Assembly: GCA_028023455.1 (NCBI GenBank)
Contig: JAQFVV010000009.1
Location: 6,138,001 to 6,202,000, forward strand
Direction: 5' to 3'
Source of the DNA: Epiperipatus broadwayi
Lineage: Eukaryota; Animalia; Onychophora
Length of the DNA: 64,000 nt
Part shown: positions 44,752-60,120 of the stretch, piece after piece
Layout of the letters: each line of letters opens with the position of its first letter
Numbering within the stretch: position 1 is the stretch's first letter
The notes under the pieces: model-generated
What the model saw: the letters and a program-made list of their open reading frames with translations, nothing else
The model's database searches: none
Told to the model about the DNA's origin: nothing
Translations under genes and position numbers: made by a program

Positions 44752-47700
44752 AATGAAAAAATTTTGGAATGGTTAATTTAATAATGCTAAAATATAGTTT
44801 AATTAAATATTAGACTTTATTATCAACTACAGTTTTGAAAATGGCAAGAAATTATCAAAAAAGGACTCAATAACGTATTAGGCATCTAAAAGGATAAAAA
44901 TGATTACTAATAATAAATTAATAAAAGAAATCTATCTTTCTATTAATTATCTCCATTGTTCACAACTATTTAGTAAATCTTACAGATATATATAATAAAG
45001 ACTTTATTTTTCTATATTTACAGGTAGTGTGTGAAGTTAAACTTCAATGCAACATTTATTTTAGATAATTGAAATGCGCTTTAGCCATAACATAAAACAA
45101 TAATTTATTATTATCTATAAGAAATGTTGGATTGATATTTTAATCTCAAACATTACATGTATCTTTAGTACAGTAAAAAGTATTTTTATTACTTACTTTC
45201 ATTATTTGAATTGATGTTGACAAAATTAAAATTGAGAGAAATTTCAAACTTATCAACTAATAATGTCATTCAATTTTGAAATATCTGGAAATAAATTTCA
45301 TGAATGATTTAAAATTCAATCCCCTAACCTAAGCATTTCAGACTTCACTCTATATAAAGAAAAGAGACATGAGAAAAGATGAGACTGATCTTTTATCAGA
45401 AAAATTATTGTCTTATACTATGGATAGAAGGCATTTTATTTATCTATAATAAATGTTACATTGAGATTTAATCTCAACCATTAAAATAAATATGGCTCCC
45501 TATGTGAAAAAATGTCTCAAATTGAATTCTTAATGTGAATTAGTTTTCATGGAAGAAAAAAATACCTCCAAAACTCATCTTCAGGGGAAATGTTTTATTG
45601 CATATAATAATAATAAACACTCATAATATCAGTAATTGGAGAGTAATTCTTCTGAAGATCATATGACTTTAAGTATCAAAAGTGAAAGTCTGAGTTTCAA
45701 TCCAAGAATCTTTCGTTCTTCAGTCCATTACTCTTTTACTGTGTTAAACTATACAAAGCATTGATCACATAGAAATAGTAAATACAAATAACAATTTCAT
45801 GTATTTTTTGTATACTTACTCATATATTTTCAAGAGATTTATTCTCCCTACTCTAGAGCCATCTACTGTAAACTTGAGTTATCAATAATCTAGTGTTATA
45901 ATATTTTCAGATTAGTTCTGACTTTTGGATTCATCTTTGAGTACTAGGATTCAAAGTTGGAATTATTGCATTTGTGTCAAATCTATATAATATGCAAACA
46001 AGTTGGTTTAGATTAAAAACCTCAGTGTTTTTAATTTCAGGCTATTTGCTTGAATAACTTGAAGAAGTAAATAATTATTGCTAGCTGCATAAATCCATTT
46101 GTTCCAGTTTTGATCCTAGTTTTCATTGATGAATGCAAAATCTAGAAAGCAGTTTGGAATTATAGATATTATAGCACTGTGCCATGGTATGCATTGATTG
46201 CTCAAGTTTACAATAGATGGATTTAGATTAGATGAAGAGATATGCTTTTAGAAAATTGTGAAATTGGCTTTCATTTTGCTGAATTATGTTTTTCTAGTTA
46301 TCAGAATAATAAGAATATTGTACTTTGAGATTTTTTACGAGTGAATTAATTAGGATTGCATTTATTAGCATCATCAAAAGAATGATTATTTAATCTGAGT
46401 AAGAAATGAGAAGTTTAAAGATGAAATCAGAACTAGATACAAATTGTTAATGTTCCCTCACATATTGCAGCTGTTGAGTAATCTATGAATAATGTAATAT
46501 TTTTTAGTAGTTTGAATGCAATTTAATGTACTCTATATGACTTCATGAAAATTCTATATAAACTATTTAATTTTACTATTGGTGTTTTTCTGGAAATATT
46601 GACATTTATTCAAATATTTTTTTTGTGAAATGGAGATGAATGATGTATAGTTATGGAAGATTTTAACAATAAAATAAAATAAAATCATTTTTATTTAAAT
46701 AAATTGTATGATTTCATTGAAAATTGTATTATTTTTAAGCTATGACTTCCTTGGGTTTCATCAGTGCAACAATTTCTGTGATATGAAATTAATTTTAATT
46801 ATTGATTAATTTCCATTAATGCGATGACTATTTTTTTAATTGATTTTAAATCTGCATTTCTAACTCAAAAGTTTTGAGAGAATTTTTCTCTATTTTAAAT
46901 TTGTATTACTAGATGGTAATGCATTTAAATCCATATTCTCAGACCAGTTTCTGTTTCTTCCTTTATCAGTGAATCATCTTGGGTTTTAAAATTAGAAGTA
47001 ATGCAGTTATGCATCTATTATCATTCAAGCTAAAAACATGAAATTCAATCCAAGTCAACTTGCTTGAACTGTTGTATAGATATGACTCCAGATCAGAAAT
47101 TATATACTTTAATATCTTAACTTTTTATTGATTGTAGACACTTTTCCCCCATGGCAAGGATTGTCAACAATAACAACAAGTTGTTTAATTCCTTAGCTTA
47201 CATACTAAATGATAAAATAAGAGTGTTCTTTATTTTAGTATCATCAATAGTATAATAGACAAAAGATATTTTTGTCAAATTTATTGATCCAAGCCTAAGC
47301 CTATGTCACAAATGCTGGTGGCGCTTGTTCAGATGATTTATAATCTGCTTATCAAATTTTAACATTTTTTTTATATAAATGATACTTTTATTTTATCATA
47401 ATAATGTCTAAAATATTATATAATATGGATTTTCATTCTTAAATTTATATGATTGTTTGATTCACAAATATGTTGTTATTCTGGACTCTAAGTAATATGA
47501 TAGTCATCATCATTTTGATAGCCATTAAATTTGAACTCTGATCACTTTATATTATTTCATAATTTTATTGCAAGTGAATAAACATGGAATTTCTTTAAAT
47601 GACATAATTCAATCAATAAAATAAAATATGTCATACCTACTCCTGCATCAACTTTATATTATCATCATTTATTTTCTTAAAATATTATCCCCATACCTTT

Positions 47701-49439
47701 GATTAGACTATATCATTACACTGTCCATTTTAATTATTTTCCTGTCAAATCGGTGATTGACATGATTCCCCTTTGATTGCTATTACTTAATATTTATTTC
47801 TTACTACTAAAAGATACTCTTAGGACTGAGTTAATTACAGTAACAACTTTATTAATATACTGTACTAAATATCAACTCACAATTGCATATATTGTCCACA
47901 GATAATGGACTTATACTCTAAATATTTCATATAAATAATATGAATTTCTTATAGAGACTTATGCCACCTTCTGTCTTTTATGGGTATCTGTGCTGAATTT
48001 TACTTTGTCAATTATTGTTTTTTATAGCTTTTACTTTTTTGAAGATATGTTTTGCATGACATCTGGTTACAGGATAAATCATTAAATATTTATCTTATTG
48101 ATCTTATTATTCCTTCATATTCATCAGTATTAAATAATGGTAAAGACTTAATTTCAAATAAATAAATGTTTACACTGCTATTAATTTGGTACAATATTAA
48201 ATGACAAAAAAAATGGCATAAAAATTAAAAAAGATTTATATAAACATACTAGCAATAAAATTCCTAAGAATAAGAATTTTACCCAATTGTTAACCTAATA
48301 TAATCCGACTTATTATACTGATTTTAATTTTTTTTTCCATTCATGTGTACAATAAATAGATCTCTTACAGAAGACCAATTTTTCAGAATTCAGTACATTT
48401 TTCTTTACAAACTTCTGTATGTTTTATCATTCTTTAGTTTAAATGTAAAAAATTATTCTTTTGATATTTTTGTACAAGCATTATTAAATTGCGGAATGCT
48501 CTTCTGGTAATAAAATTTCTAAACTCTTATATTAAAGGATTTACTTTTTTAACAAATATTATTCCTTCAAAATATCATGATTCTTAAAATATATTTCAAG
48601 TGACTCATTATAACTTCACTAATTTTCTTTAAGATCCACTTTTTATTGTCATTTAAGATTCCTGGAAACTGTATACATGAGAATACTTCCACACACACAC
48701 ACCCACACGTGTGTATTATACATGGTAAAGCAGTACTTAAGGATCAAGTACAGCAAATTACTCAAATAAATAAAATATCCTCTTATTATTAATTACTGTT
48801 TATGAAAATAATAATTTAAATAAATGTGTTCATATATAATTATTCTAGATGGAAAGCATGTTTAAATTATTGACGCAATATTGACATTTAAATAAGTTAA
48901 TAATTATCCATTCATATAAATCAATGCTAGATTCGTATATATATATATGTACGTATACTCATAGATGCATACTCACGTAACATGTCTCTAATCTACATTG
49001 CCCTGATTTCTATTTTTAATTGGATTTTAAATTTATATTTTTTTTATTATATTATTTGAAGTAGTCCAATTTTAAATCTCGGAATTATCTTTTTTTTTTT
49101 ATCTTAAATATAAAGCGTAATCCTCTTTTTCCATACATCTTCATCTTGAATAAACATGTTTAAAGATTGAGAAGTGTTATTCAAATTCTTCTTTTAAATC
49201 AATATTATTAATTTACTTTTATATCTTATTAACATTTTCATTTAGGCTTAATATGATTACAACATAATATAAACTTACAATTTTAATTAAAATAAATTCA
49301 TTAATATAAAAAAGTGAATCAAAACTTACACTTTTTTTTTCATAGCTAACAGAATAAAGGAGAGTGTTTTCACAATGTTATGCATATTTTTTAGCACTTC
49401 TTTAATCTGATGAGATTAAAATTTCTTATTTGTTTTCAG

Positions 49440-49596
49440 GCAATTATTTTCCAATATGGATTTTTATGTGGTGTTTTGGATATCGGAAACATTTTTAAAT
49501 GGTGATTTTGGATCATGACCTTTATATTTGATTTGCTTATAATTTTTAGGCTTATTTTTGGATTTCATTGCATATCAAATGGATTTCCATTTATTT
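49440..49596 (+). CDS. Candidate exon pair (49440-49501, 49550-49596) encoding QLFSNMDFYVVFWISETFLNGLFLDFIAYQMDFHLF
   Basis: Strong acceptor ttgttttcAG, a 48-nt GT-AG intron, an in-frame join and donor GTAAGA. Product not recognised. Confidence 0.3.
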
Positions 49597-52500
49597 GTAA
49601 GAATCCTAAATACAGTGATAGTTAACAGAAGAGGAAACCAATGGGATCTTTACTCACAATGCATTCTTCTGAAGATAACAATTTGGACAAGTTTTATATA
49701 GGAGTTTTTAATCACTTTTCTATTCTGATATGACTTTAACTAATTTACTATCTCTGACTCCTGATTTTTCCTTTTATAATAACACAGCAAAAAAATTTAT
49801 TATCATGATAATAAAATCAAGTGCCTAAAAGTTGTTTTTAATAAAATTTATTTTAAAGAGTTAATTATTCTGTTCACAAAGAGAACAAATAAATTAAAAT
49901 TACAAATTTTTCTTCTCAAGCTTTTTTAAAACTTTTAATTCATTTTGAACCAAAATTGAATTTCTAATAATCTAAGGTAAAGATTTTATAACTGAAAACA
50001 TTCCATTAAAGCTTATAATATTTATTTTGAGCTAAGTAAAATATTGTAAATATTTTATTCTATTTGTATATTACTTCACACAAATGCACTACATATTGCC
50101 TGCAAACATACATCTAAAATTATTAATTTAATATTAATTTTCTGCTTCCAATAGTGGTATAGTTTGCTTTATGATCATAAATCTCTCCTACTTTAAATCT
50201 TATAATCAAATGAATATTATTAAATATAAGTAAATGTTTATTTCAATGTCCTTTTCTTTTTAAAAAAAAAACAACTCTTTTTTTAAATACTTGTGACTTA
50301 TATATACTAATATAACTTATATATACTATTATAAAGAAATAACAATGGCAAACGTTACCTAACACTGTTGATTTAAAAAATGTTGTGATGCCATAGTTAC
50401 TTAGTTTTCTGATACAATTGGTTTGAGACTTCATGCATTATATGAGTCTTTGATTTCTATCTGGTTATCTATTAAAAATTTATTATTGCCACATTATAAA
50501 ATATTCCTACATAGTTTTTTTTTATAGTGCAAAGAAATTTTTATATTAATATTGTTTGATAACACAAAATATCTAATTTTCCAAAGTTAATGATGAGCCA
50601 ACAACATCATAGATATTCAGTTAGATTTTAAAATTGACAATTCTTCTTAAGTCATGATAATGGTAACAACAATAATTTTCAAAGTTTTCCAATGTAGCAA
50701 ATTTTAAAAATCTAAATATTGTAACAATGAAACATTATCATTAAGCTGGTGGATATAGAGATTTTACCCTGGTGTTTCAGTCTAGATAACTGTGTCAAGA
50801 TAATTTTAAATTCGTTCATACTGAGTTTAAAAAAAATAAAAAATAAAAAATGTCTTGAGGAATGAATAGAAGAATGAGACTGAGTGAGAGAGTGAGTGAT
50901 GTCTGTCTCATCTTATTTATACCATTGGTCATATGGCCATTTTATTAAACTGTTTATTAACCTACAACCTCTTCCCTGATTAGTTTGAATCCTTGACCTA
51001 TTTATCACTAGAGAAGATTGTTAATCACAACTTATCTAATTAATATATAATTTTACAATAAATCAATATTTTTAGACACTTGAAAATAATTAAAAACACT
51101 TCCTAATTGCAAGCAAAAATAACCAATTAAAAACTACATCAGGATAAAAATAAATATTACATAATTAAAATTTATATTACATTTTTAAGAAAAAAGGTTA
51201 ATACAATTTAATATAATTATTATCCTTTAAAAACCTAAACAAATCTCAGAATAAGTTTTAAATTGTTTTTTTAAGAATATTTTAAAAATAAATAATATTA
51301 AATAAGTATAATATTTATTCATTCATTCAATTTTCATTTATTCATTACTTAAAAATTTTAACTTTAATTACTAGCTTTATTAAATTCTTTTCTAATTAAA
51401 TGAGTTCAAAATATTTAACTAAAATATTCTGTTTTAACATTAAAATAAATTAAAATATTATAGCTTCAATTTAAAGACCAGTAACCTCAAAATACAGGAT
51501 TTGAACCTGGTTTTTTAACTTCAAAAATTAATACAAGCTTTTTGAAACATCTTAACAGTTAGATTATGATTAAATTAGCATTATTAACTTAAAATTGCAT
51601 TATTTATTATTGAGATTCCTAGCTATTTAATAAATTTACAGATGTTTATCATCTTAAATGTTTATTTAATTTAAAACTCATAATTTAAACTGTATAAAAA
51701 TTATTTTACAGCTATATAACAGATAAAGTACTGATATAACAGATAATACATAGCAATTATGGCATTATAAAGTATTAGCAACAATTTATTCACAACAAAA
51801 TTAAGCTATATAATTTTTATTTTTTTTTAGGCATCTTGGCACAAAAATTTTACTTAACATTTAGCTTCTGCCAAAGCTAAACGTTATAATATATATGGAT
51901 ATATTTTCACTTCTGATATATAAATTTACATCTATAAGTATGATCTGTGGTTGTCATTACCTGCAATGACGATAATTTTTAAAATGTTAAATTATCATGA
52001 TTTTATCCTCTTTTTTTCCAATATCTGATAAAATAATGAAAATGAATCAAAATTCCATTTCTGTGCAATTGTACTTTTTTTTTTTTTTTTTGCTTGAATG
52101 TCCTGATCTTAATGTCTACAAAAATTTTATATTTTAAGTAAGATAAATATTAATGCCAGTCAGTGATGGAATTAAAATTTATTAAACGCATTTTTTAAAT
52201 ATTCTCATTTGCTCGGTTTATTTTATATTTTCGAAAATGGATAACCAAAAATTTTAAAGAATTTAATTTTTTTTCCTTTCACTTATCTTAATACAATCTC
52301 CCTCTCGATATAGTTATGAAGTTATTCATAGTCTGTATTATGCTTGCGTCATCCCCCCCCCCACACACTATTTCATATCCAATATGAAAAATTAATTAAT
52401 TTATTTTTTGAAACTAAATATTGTATTCTAATGAAATGTTTTATTCTAATAAATAATGTAATGATTAATTTTAAAATTAAATGTATCTTTTATATATTCT

Positions 52501-52698
52501 TATTGTATCTGTGTGCCTTCATATAGGATATTACACGTAGTCCATTATATATATCGGATTAAATAATAATTAAAAAAAAAAAATTAGCTTTCAATTTAAT
52601 AATTAATATATACTACTAAATAGTTCATTAAAGTTTTTGAGCAGAATATATTGTATCAAGAAGATAGCAATTTATACTTGACAATGTTATTTTTCATT

Positions 52699-52839
52699 AA
52701 TTAGAGGAGATTTGAACACGACTTATATTGGAGATTAACCTTTTTCACATATATGTCATGTGCATCAGTTGTATAAGATGAAGTGGATAGCAGCTGAAGA
52801 GGGGAGCTTGAAAGTCTGTGTTCAAAAACTCCTCTAATT
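52699..52839. repeat. 141-bp element with ~27-bp inverted ends related to the family A B-box segment
   Basis: AATTAGAGGAGATTTGAACACGACTT vs AAGTCTGTGTTCAAAAACTCCTCTAATT; shares TTGAAAGTCTxxGTTCAA with family A. Confidence 0.55.
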
Positions 52840-55800
52840 ACATTAAGTTCAATATAAACAATATACTAGTATTTAAATATTTTTCATTAAATAGTTTAAA
52901 TGCATCTACATGACTCTAGGAAAAGAATATAATGTGTTTATATTTTAATGGCTATGACCAGATGCTTTGTGCGTTTTAATATATTGCTAAAATGGCAGAA
53001 TTGAAGATAAAGATTCCAGAATCAATTTTCATTTAAGTAGCATAAAAAAAATTAAAAACATTTGATTCAGAGTAACTGAATGGTATTGTTAAATGCAGAC
53101 TGCCACTAGAGTGTTTGAACTTCACATGATTATCCAAATAATTTACTATAAGATTATTTTTTATTACTATTCTGAAGAATGGGTCAAAAAACAGTTTATT
53201 TATCTTTGTTATTAAGAGGAAAATAGCAAAATTGATTTAGCAATTTTTATCTTCATTTTATAAATTACCCTCTTTGTTGGTCTGTTGCTCTGCTTAAGAT
53301 ACAGTATATTTCAATATTATTATATATGAAATCTAATATATCCCACTTATAGCATTGTTATTTTCAACAAGTGCAATCTTTCAAATAATACAATCTTTAT
53401 TATATTTATCTTGACTTTGCGAATATAATAAGTTGTATAATTTTAATTCTAAAATTATACATATAATAAATAGTAAAAAATGATAGAATGAAAGTTATCA
53501 TCTACTTAAATTCTTCTTCTAATACTAATTACTAATATTTTAATCAAATTAATTCCAATATTATATTAATGAATATGAGTTAATTTTTGAGATAAATTAT
53601 ATTTAATTAAATTCTACCACTGTATTATAATCTTTTTTTTTTTTTTTTTTACAAAATAACAAATTTGTTGGGAAACCTGTAATTATTTTATTATCTTCAT
53701 ACAGTATTTTGATTTTATTAATAATTTATTAGAAATAAATTTTATATGTATTCTTTTTTGTTGATCTTTAAACAATTTAAATGTACTGTCTCATTAAATA
53801 GAATATTTCCAAATAGTATTTTTCATATGCCTATCTCTGTTATCCTCATTTCTGCTTTTCATTTTTCACCATTTATATTATAACTTAGAAATATTATGTA
53901 ATTTAGTTTTGAAGTAATCTTGTTTTATTACAGGTATATTCTTGTTTTTAAATTTAAGCATATAGCAACAACTTTTTCTCACTGTGTTCCAATTTGAAAG
54001 TGTAATTAATGTATCAAACACAAATAGTTTTTGTTCAATCTCTTCTCCATTTTTTATTATTATTATTTTCAGTCTTATCATGAGCCTCTTGTTCGTCATT
54101 CTCTCATTGCCGTAACTGCAATAAAGAGATTATGGATTTGTGAGATCACATTTTCTTCCTTTAATTATACATATAGATATTCTGACTCGAATCTTTTTTT
54201 CTCTCTCTCTTTCATGCTTGGGAGCTTTCTGTAAAAAAAAATTTCCTCTAGAGTCATACTAGTTTATAGGAGGCTCCTAATGATGATATATATTTTTAAA
54301 TATACATATATTTTTATCTAATAAATATGTTGTAGTAAGAAAATAATTACAAATGTTTATTACTTATTATATATATATTTTTGTTTTATTTTGTCATAAA
54401 TTATTTGAATATCTTTGCTAAAAAATTGTATTGTCAAACCATTAATTTAAGAAATATTTTTATTCATATGTTCAAGAATGTGTGGTAGAATGGAGGTTTC
54501 AGTTATATCTTTAAAAATGCTTTATTTATTGTACCTTGAAATTGTCAAAGATTAATTCTCTTATATCCATCAGGACCTTGAGCTCTTATCATTACATCAA
54601 ATCATGCAGAATAGCCCAAAGAATGATTTAATATGTTGAACTTTTTTTCTTTTGCTATTGTTTTTTTTTATATACTTTTTTTTATTTTTGCATGCTTTTT
54701 TAAAAATATATTTCCTCTTATTTGCACCCCCCCCCCCATTATTATCTATTGCTTATTTATTTTAATTTAATTATTTATTCTTATTTTGGTTAACGAATTC
54801 ATGCAAAAAATAGATGGATTATCTATGTATTTTATACTAAACTTCATATGCTATAATAGCTGAGGTTTGATTTTCTTTTATTTATTTATTTCTCTGTTTT
54901 GTAGAGTATTTTGTTTTTAAAATAATCACTTTTTTTTAATAAATAAAATATTCTTTAATAATATTCTATTTCTGCAGAAATTTTATATTACACAAAATTT
55001 TATTCTAATTTTTTTAAATATATATATATTATAATGGGATAGGGTATCATCATGAAATAAAATATTTCATATAATGTTAAAGTAAGATATTAAAGTAATA
55101 TTTAATATCACCAATATATAAGAAATTTTATATATTAAAGAGAGCATGAGATCAATAGGTCTCTGAGAGATCAGCCCAGTAAACCCCTTAGAGTAACTAA
55201 AATTAACTACATCCACCAGTATTATCAGTATGTAAAAATAAGTATAAGTACTACTCAAAAAAATAACCTTTCATCATCATAAATGATCAACAATCAAAAT
55301 AAATCAACAGTCAATCTTGTGACTGGATTTGAAATGGGTTTCCTATAGACCAGGCCAACTATTTAGCTTTTACCAGCTTGGAACAATTATTTAAATATAA
55401 CTTGGATGCACAAACTAAGTGCTCATCCATAGAATATACAACCATAAGAATCATAATGCTGGGATATTAAAGCATTCTCATCATCAATGCTCTGGTGACT
55501 TAGTACCATTAATGTACTGGCCATTATAAACTTAATTTCTAATAAGATTAAGCTAAAAAAAAAAATATAGTGCATGGGCTTTAAAGAATATAATCTCAGT
55601 TCCAACCAGGATATATCGATCATACTGGTTGCCCCTTAAGCACTAAATACATTTCCATTTATATAATAAGACTGTTATGCATGAATCTAGCTCAGAGAAT
55701 ATAAGCTCTATTATTGTTACAGTGATCAAGATGATGATACAATACATAATATACTCTAACTATTTACAATTAAGTCACTGGAATAATTTTAGTAATAAAA

Positions 55801-56699
55801 TCCAAGTTTATTAACAACAATAAAAAAATGAAAATAAGGTTTCTAGAATAAAGCTATATACAGATAAACTTTCTGATTTTGATTACTATACAAAATTCAA
55901 ATTATTACATTGATTACAATACCTCTTGATAGGTTTCCATACAACACATATATCGATATGTGCACAGATGCACATTTATAATATACAATGAATACGTATT
56001 TGAATTGACATTTAATAATAAAAAGATTAAAATTTACATGTGTTATACTTACTTGACAAGCATTGATTTATATATAACCACACTTACATGTGTGTGTGTG
56101 TAATTTCTGAACATATTTGACTTGCTACAAATAAACATTTTTAGTTGTCACTTTCAAATTGTCAAAATAATAAATGACATTAATTTTTATAATACTTAAT
56201 AACTTTTTAATATACATATGTGTGCATATTGAATTGCATGTGCACACTAATGACTATAACATATATTTTAATTTAATACAATAATAATATTATATTTTCA
56301 TAATTGATTCAATATTGAAAGTATATATAAAAAATATGAATCCTGTTATTTAATTCTTTCATAACAGTTTACTTTTTTTTTCTAAAAAAATATAGTCAAT
56401 TTTTGACATGTAATTGTTGATTGATTATCAACATCTTTAAATTTAAAATGTTTTTCTTTTCTAGTCTAAAAGATTTTTGGAAATCTCCTTTTTTTAAAAA
56501 AAAAAAAAGGATGGTTAATAAATTATTCTTGACTCTTAATTATAGAATTTAAAATATAAATTTCAAAGTATGTTTTTGTTTTCTCAATAAATGATTTTAA
56601 ACAAAAGTTTCTACATTATATATCTCACTTTTAGAATGTCATTTCAAAAATGAATTATTTAAAACAAATTATATATATATATATGATGTGATGCATTTG

Positions 56700-57060
56700 T
56701 CTGTGGTTCCTTGCATGTATACACAACAGCATACATCTAATGACTCCTTCATCAATGGATGGGATTCCCTTGGTGAGTTGGTCTTGGATTGTCATCATTG
56801 AGATAGGTATAGGGCAGGTAAGTTGGTCTGCAGTGATCTCTTCTGTCTAGAATTTGATGGGCTTCAGGCCAGAAAGCTGTCTTGTTCAAATTTGTAGAGG
56901 CTAATTGATCAATTAGAAGTTGACCCAGCCTTAGGTGAATCCAAACTCCTCCATAGACCTATAGAGCAGCTGCTTCATTGCTTTTTTATATCTGATTCAG
57001 GATAGTTTTCTGTTTACCTCTGCTAACAAATTCTGTAGTCACCACTGCAGTTAGTTATTC
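56700..57060 (-). pseudogene. Possible Jockey-like LINE RT C-terminal fragment
   Basis: GC-richer block; LLYRSM....T*GW and DQLTKGIPSIDE resemble the post-RT region of Jockey-group LINEs. Confidence 0.35.
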
Positions 57061-59279
57061 TGCTAACTGCTTCTCAAAAATATTAAACAAGGACTAAAAT
57101 AATCTTTTTATCCAAACCTTTTATAATTTTGGATTGCTAGGGTGACAACAACACATTGTTTTTAATTAAAAATGCTTTTTTTTATCTCTTTAATCTTTTC
57201 AAACCACTTTTAATTAAAATCTACTTTTGAAAGCAAGTTTGAAGTTTTACCAAAGGTATGATCTACATGTTTTTACTTAGACAGAGAATTGTATACAAGC
57301 ATTAATTAAAAGATTTCAAAAATAAATCATGCCTGTTTTTTAATTTCAAAATCAGAATACAATATTAATATTTATTTAGACCTTTTTAACTATTTATTTC
57401 ATAATAAAATTGTATTTTACATTCAGAATTATTTAACCTTTTACTTATTTGTTATTATTAAAGAAATGTAGAAAATATTTACAAAAATTTTTGTTTGTGT
57501 TTATTTCTACTTTTCCTTTCAACTTTATAGAAATTTGTGCACACACACTTTGTTATTGTGTGCCATATAACAAAAAATGTTATAATATATATGAAAAAAT
57601 CTTAAAATGGTAATAATAAAATTATTATCTTCAAAAAATTGCAACTATATCTTTTATTTTTGGAAGTGATTATATTATTATTTTTATCTATCATAGCATT
57701 TTTTTAAAAAAAAAAATAGTGCATACTTTCTACAAAAAAACAAAAAAAACAAAACAGATTTTAAAAATCGCCAATTTGCAAGATTTTTTTTTTTTTTACT
57801 TTTCTTGAATGAATTTAAATATTGTATTATATTTCATTGTGTAATTAAATATTGTAAGCTGAAAAAAATTACTAAAAGTAATAGTAAAAGCAGATTCATC
57901 ATTGGTAATGATTTAATACAGAAATACAGTAATTCAGTATTGGTAATGATATTGATAATAAATACATTTTTTGATAAATATTTTTTTTTGAAAGTGAAAT
58001 CATAGTGATCATTACAAAATTGAAAGATTAGCTTTTGAATATAATATTTGTAATACAGTGTGATATGGTAATTTTTTTCATGTCACATTATTAAAATACC
58101 TGTATTAGTAATAAAATTAGGTGCTATGTTCAGATTACTGACAAGCTTTTCAAGCTGTAGCTAGTGGAATTATCTTGAAATATGAGAGTTAACTGTGTAA
58201 AACAAGTAAACAATGCCCAACCAAGAATAACTCCTGCTGTTCTGTAAGATAGGGTGTTAGTTCTGATAGTTTTTTCAGCATTCCTCTTTCTTTCTTCAGT
58301 CATTTAAATTACCATAGGACTCAGTCATCATGAACCTCTCGTGGCATTGGTTATATCCTGTAATAATTGTAACTATGGAATTATGTCTTTGTACAGTTAT
58401 ATTTCCATCCTGATTCCAATTTACTTTTTTATTTCAGTTTTATTAGCCCAAATCCTCAAGAATTAAGAAAGCAATGACTGTGACAGATTTAATATGCTGA
58501 CAGTCCTTAGTTAAGATCTTTTCTCAAGTTAGTGCAATTACTAGTGAATCAGTATGAAATTGGTTTTGAAATAAGAGTTTCATCCAGCAAAAATTTTGCA
58601 CTAAGGCAGCTCCATTTAGGGACATCTTGTCTATCATGGAAATGGAGGGAATATAATCTAAAAATTCCCTATTTTAATCTATCTGGATAGTTTCTTGTGC
58701 CTAGTGAATTGCTCATTAAAGGACTAGAAATAATATTGTCATTAATAGTGATAAAACATGAGGCAGAGTTAATATTAAAGATAAATATTAGAAATCTATT
58801 TTTCCCCTAAATATTAATACATGGAATATGAAACTTTATTTGATAAAAACTCTTCAAAATCAGAATGGAGGACAGCATTAGTGGACAAGAACTATTAAGA
58901 TTTAAGATTGATATAGCTGCTCTTCATTAAAATTTTCTTTCAGAGGAAGAAACTTTAATAGATAAAAATAGATGATTACAAATGGGTTTTTTTTTGGAAG
59001 GCAACTCTATTATTGAAAAAAGAATGCAAATTGTTGGGTTTTGCTGTAAAGTCTAATTTAATATCTTCCATTCTTGGAATTCCTCATTGTACCAATAAAA
59101 GATTAATCATGTTAAAATTTGACTTGCATAATGATGTCAATGCTCCTTTTATTAATACATCTACTCCACCTTATATTCAGATAATTCAGAGAAAACATTT
59201 ATTTTTTGTTGGATAGTATTATATAGCAATAGCATCAATACATCAAATTTTTCTCTTACAGGATTTTAATGAGTTGATT

Positions 59280-60120
59280 TTGTTTGAAAATTGTTGCAAA
59301 TAATAGTGCTATGAACTCAAATGAGCTGTTGCTATTGAATTTATTTGTGACACATTGACTGAGTTTTACAAACTTTGTTTAGGCAGAGAAATTGCAATAA
59401 AATAACATGGATGCATTCACACTCAAAACAATGACATTTAATACATTACATTATAGTTAGGAATCAGAATATAAGAAATGTTCATGTTATGCAAGCATGT
59501 ACAAGTGTAGATTATTTGATAGATCGTAGATTAGTACATTCCAAGATTAAAATGATAGTTGCATTAAAAAATAGGTCTTATTTTAATAATTCACAAGAAA
59601 ATTGATGTTTGTTCTTTAGAAGTATTTATTACACTTTTTTAGGATTTTGCTTAATAGGTTGCTTTCAGTCATAGATGAATGGTTATTTGAGATTCTGTGT
59701 GGTTTTTAATAAATCAAAAAGCACTATAAACATGAATTTTGTTATCACACAAATGTAGGGAAAATGTCAGGAATGAAAGAATGATTTATATTTTGCTTTT
59801 ATTGACTTCATCAAGACATTTGACTTAATTAATTGAACAGGTATATGGAATTGTTTAAAATTAGTTGATTGTCTAGCAAAGTATATTTGTATTATACTGT
59901 AAATGATGAATGAGACTGTTTTTATTATAAGTGAAAAATCTGAGGCAGTAGAGTTGTTTATAAGCAGCCCAATGAAATAGGAATCAAGAAGCAATACAAA
60001 TTTAATTGAGATCTTTTTGCATTCTAGATTTTCAAGATACTGGTGTTTATGATATTTTTTCCAGTTTAAAAGACAAATTATAGAAAGTAATTAATGTTTG
60101 AATGCAACATTTATAGTGTT
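59280..60120 (+). pseudogene. RTE-like LINE RT remnant
   Basis: NRLLSVIDEWLFEILCGF (~59655) and LYFAFIDFIKTFDLIN*TGIWNCLKLVDCLAKYICII (~59785-59900) match RTE RT domains 2-3. Confidence 0.75.

Noticed and set aside
51480-55360. Isolated B-box-like words at ~51495 and ~55325 as SINEs
   Set aside because: No matching A box or second copy in the window.
48690-56102. (CA)n/(TG)n, (TA)n and homopolymer runs
   Set aside because: Short ordinary microsatellites.
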